Shown in pieces: positions 49,266-53,099 of a stretch of 53,099 bases of DNA. The DNA is from Octopus bimaculoides (Eukaryota), in the NCBI RefSeq assembly GCF_001194135.2, contig NC_068984.1:81369666-81422764 (forward strand). The letters are read 5' to 3'. The number at the start of each line of letters is the position of its first letter. Position 1 is the stretch's first letter. The notes beneath the pieces are model-generated. The model was not told the DNA's origin. It saw only the letters and a list, made by a program, of their open reading frames with translations, and made no database searches. The translations under genes and the position numbers were made by a program.

Positions 49266-50123
49266 CAGAATATCCCAATTTTATTATTTATTTCACCCGT
49301 GCATACTCGTTTCTCTTTCGTTCTCTCATTCTTTCTCTCTCTCTGTCTCTCTCTCTTACTCTCTCTCCTTATCTTTCACCAACCCTTTCATCACTACTAT
49401 CTTTCCCCACTCTCTTGACTTTTTATCTGTCTGTCTCTCTCTTTTGCGCTACCCCTTTAACTACTACTATTTTTTTTCACATTTCCTCTCTCTTCACCCT
49501 CCCTTACTACCCTTTAAATTTTCTCCCCATTTTGTTTCCCTCGCACACAGTTTTACTCTCTGTTTAAACTTTTTCACTCTTGCTAAACTTACTCGCTAAT
49601 CTCAACCTACACTTCCTCTCTCTCTTCTCTCTTTCTCTGCACCCCTCCCTCTCTCTCTCTCTCTCACTGTCTATATCTTCACATTCTTATGCTATCGCTA
49701 TTCCAAAACGCATCTGTACCTACTCCTATACCGATTATTTCTTACTGCCATTCCCTCTCCGATCAACTCCCAGTATGTCCTCTTTATTCTTAAAACTCCT
49801 TTTCGTTTTAATAGTACACACACACACACACACACAGACACACACACACACACACACACACACGCATGTATTTATACCATTGAAAACGGAAAAAAGTTTT
49901 AATATATGTATACATACATACATATACTCACACGCTATTTTTAAACGGCAAAATTTACAAACTCAAAGAGAGTTTCGTGTATTACAATTACCAAAAGGGC
50001 TCTCTAAAATGTTCGCCCGCGCGCTCACACACATAGATAGATAGATAGATAGATAGAAGCGGAAATCTTAATGGATCAAGATTGTCTTTTTTGTTGATAT
50101 ATCCTTATTTGTCCCTGTGTAAA

Positions 50124-50335
50124 GTGGCGAGCTGGCAGAATCGTTAGGACAACGGGTAAAATGCTCAGCGGCATTTCGTCAATCTTCATTTTCCGAGTTC
50201 AAATACTGCCCGGTAACTGTGCCTTTCATCCTTTCGCGATCAGTAAAATAAGTACCAGTTCAGCACTGGGCCAATGTAATCAACTGACCCCTTCTCTCGA
50301 GTTTGCTGGCCTCGTGCAAAAATTTGAAATCAGTA
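50124..50335 (+). mobile_element. SINE family B
   Basis: Head gtggcgagctggcagaatcgttag (A box) and gagttcaaat (B box), then gcctttcatcctttcg...taagtaccagtt..gcactggg. Confidence 0.85.
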
Positions 50336-51529
50336 TATTCTTATTCAACTTCGTTGCTCAAATACATACAATTGGCCACTCTGTGTTGTTTCTCTTAGCT
50401 CATTTTTGTTTATTTATGCAAATCACTTAGGCCATATATACGCTCTTCTTTTTCGTTGGTGTGAGCTCGTCTGCTGAACGCAAGGAGAATTGCTGTGCTG
50501 CTAACGCCTATTCAGGTAGAAACACTTGTCCAGTGCTGTTACCAAACAATCAGACTGTCATTTCCTTAATGGTATATCAATTATTGAGAATTATTTGATT
50601 TTCTTGGGATTAACTTCTCTTTTCGTTTGTACCAATTTCCACCAAGCGATTGGTCTGCCTTCTCTGGAAACGGAGAGGATTTACATAAATCAAAAATTTA
50701 TTAAATATACACTTATTCGTTTTTTTTTGTTTTTTTTATGCATTTACATACATACGTGCGTGCATACATACATACATACATACATATATACATACATACA
50801 CAAATGCACACACTATGACAACAAACAGACAGGCATATATATATATATATANNNNNNNNNNNNNNNNNNNNNNNNNNNNNNNNNNNNNNNNNNNNNNNNN
50901 NNNNNNNNNNNNNNNNNNNNNNNNNNNNNNNNNNNNNNNNNNNNNNNNNNNNNNNNNNNNNNNNNNNNNNNNNNNNNNNNNNNNNNNNNNNNNNNNNNNN
51001 NNNNNNNNNNNNNNNNNNNNNNNNNNNNNNNNNNNNNNNNNNNNNNNNNNNNNNNNNNNNNNNNNNNNNNNNNNNNNNNNNNNNNNNNNNNNNNNNNNNN
51101 NNNNNNNNNNNNNNNNNNNNNNNNNNNNNNNNNNNNNNNNNNNNNNNNNNNNNNNNNNNNNNNNNNNNNNNNNNNNNNNNNNNNNNNNNNNNNNNNNNNN
51201 NNNNNNNNNNNNNNNNNNNNNNNNNNNNNNNNNNNNNNNNNNNNNNNNNNNNNNNNNNNNNNNNNNNNNNNNNNNNNNNNNNNNNNNNNNNNNNNNNNNN
51301 NNNNNNNNNNNNNNNNNNNNNNNNNNNNNNNNNNNNNNNNNNNNNNNNNNNNNNNNNNNNNNNNNNNNNNNNNNNNNNNNNNNNNNNNNNNNNNNNNNNN
51401 NNNNNNNNNNNNNNNNNNNNNNNNNNNNNNNNNNNNNNNNNNNNNNNNNNNNNNNNNNNNNNNNNNNNNNNNNNNNNNNNNNNNNNNNNNNNNNNNNNNN
51501 NNNNNNNNNNNNNNNNNNNNNNNNNNNNN

Positions 51530-51584
<55 letters not shown>

Positions 51585-52464
51585 GAGGGGAGGGAGACTG
51601 ATAGACAGGTAGATAAATAGACTGACAGGCAGACAGACAGTCAGACAAACAAACAGACAGACAGATAGATGTAAACAAGGGAAGGTTGTGTTTGGAGTAG
51701 TGTAAACTACTGGCGGTCGATTTTACATAAGCTTAATCCGAGTTCCGTGTTGATGATCATCAGATGATAATGAAAATTAGAAGACCTATGTTGTATTTTA
51801 CATAGTCGCCCGGAGATCGGAGAGAAACTCGGAGTAACGAAATGTTAAGTTTCAGCTTCATAATTCGTGAGTGTGGGTGTGTATAAATGTATGTACTTTT
51901 TGGTTATTTCATCTCCATTAAAAAATGGGCTTATCTTCCCCGTTTTATGAAAAATATCGGTATATAGATATATATAAAGTCATAAATGAAACAGTTTGAT
52001 GAAAACCTTTTTAACAGTAAGAACATTCAAATATCACGACAAATTGTTTCGTAACTTAAAAACATGTAAATAATTTATATTATTAAATAAATTACTTACA
52101 TGCCTGCATTAATGCAAAATGCAAAAAAAAAATCCTTCAAAATATAATAATATAAATTATTTACGTTTTTAAGATACGACACAATTTGTAGTGATATTAG
52201 AATTTTCTTATTGTTAAATAAAATTTCATCAAACTGCTTTTTTTTTTTTTTGTCATCATACTCTATTCTCAATATGTTTTATAGAATGATACATTAAAGA
52301 GCTTTTTTTATGAATACTACCGGATTACTTGAATCCATATATTGTGACTTAAATCTATAAGTATATATATATATTTGTGTGTTTGTGTATGCATGTATAG
52401 GTATATATATGTATAGGTATATATCTATCATTCGCCATGATAGATCGCTGACTACTACATCTAT

Positions 52465-52650
52465 ATTTTTTTTCTCCTTGTTTCTCTCCTTATTTCTTTT
52501 TGTGCTCCTTTCGGTTGAAGAGAGTAGCTCGAAACGTCAAAGACTTTCTCTATTCCCGAGCGTTAACCTAATACATCCATTTGTTGTTTACACCACCTGT
52601 CTTCGTCTGTTGGTTTTTTTTTTGTAAATTCTCCCATATATATATATACA
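52465..52650 (+). mobile_element. Penelope-like element terminal-repeat remnant, copy 2
   Basis: Aligns with the reverse complement of 3552-3730 and ends ttctccc-(AT)n. Confidence 0.65.
52507..52543 (+). ncRNA. Degenerate minimal hammerhead-like motif
   Basis: CCUUU-CGGUUGA-A-GAGA-GUA-GCUC-GAAA-CGU-C-AAAGA. GUC cleavage triplet, but U4->G and A6->U in the core and one helix II mismatch. Confidence 0.4.
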
Positions 52651-52692
52651 TATATATATATATTTATTTATTTATTTATACACACATACGTA

Positions 52693-52993
52693 TTTAAAGT
52701 ATAATTATCAATATATAATTATAATTAAGGGCGCTGGAGGGATAGCGCCTGTACGCTTGAAATTGACGTCAAACGACAACAGACCACTTATATTAATATT
52801 CCGTTTGTCACAAGGCTGTATGCAGAGAAAATGGAGAAAAAAAGCATTTATAAAAATATTATGGGCACAGCCTTGTCATAAACAGAGTGTTAATTTAAGT
52901 GATTTGTAGTCTTTTGACGTATATTTCAAGCGTAGAGGCGCTGTCCCACTTTTGCCCTTAATTATAATCATATATTGACAATTACACTTTAAA
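52693..52993. mobile_element. Fold-back MITE-like element
   Basis: About 127-bp arms (52693-52819 and 52867-52993), e.g. attataattaagggc...agcgcct.tacgcttgaaat..acgtcaaa.gac...caaggctgt, around a 47-nt spacer. Confidence 0.82.
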
Positions 52994-53066
52994 CATTAAT
53001 GTAACCTATATGGTTTATTTGTACGTTGGTCACTGATAAATCATTAATTAACATCTTTGTCCTAAT

Positions 53067-53099
<33 letters not shown>

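Noticed and set aside
48910-50044. ORFs of 101-154 aa around the CpG island
   Set aside because: Mostly (CT)n, (GA)n and (CA)n translations with no homology I can recognise and no convincing splice donor.

Overview
This is AT-rich, microsatellite-dense animal genomic DNA from a gapped short-read assembly (14 N-runs, many bounded by (TA)n or (AG)n). The tRNA-derived SINE families, RTE-type 3' tails and (TA)n/(CA)n load point to an octopus or other coleoid cephalopod; this is inferred, not proven. I cannot identify any intact host protein-coding gene. The long ORFs in the track are N-gap, microsatellite or low-complexity artefacts. What can be read is mostly transposon debris: a degenerate pogo/Tigger transposase (8.9-10.6 kb, minus), Tc1/mariner remnants (0.9-1.5, 35.1-35.5 and 35.9-37.3 kb), RTE LINE fragments (4.1-4.4 and 31.7-32.2 kb), about 25 SINE copies, hAT, Merlin-like, Tigger-like and piggyBac-like MITEs with readable TIRs and TSDs, a Helitron-like element, and several long fold-back palindromes. 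Most notable observations: (1) two copies of a Penelope-like terminal element, each with a minimal type I hammerhead-ribozyme fold (3663-3699 minus, 52507-52543 plus); (2) two different hAT MITEs stacked at one shared GTCTAGAC target; (3) a mariner fossil interrupted by a SINE and a MITE, both with intact TSDs; (4) a CpG-rich YY1/ETS promoter-like island at about 49.2 kb, flanked by mirror-image purine and pyrimidine tracts and a periodic STAAGTTAG array; (5) alternating CpG-depleted and CpG-retaining domains plus a strong minus-strand SINE bias, which may mark a hidden host transcription unit. All alignments and counts were made by eye, so boundaries without a TIR or TSD are approximate.
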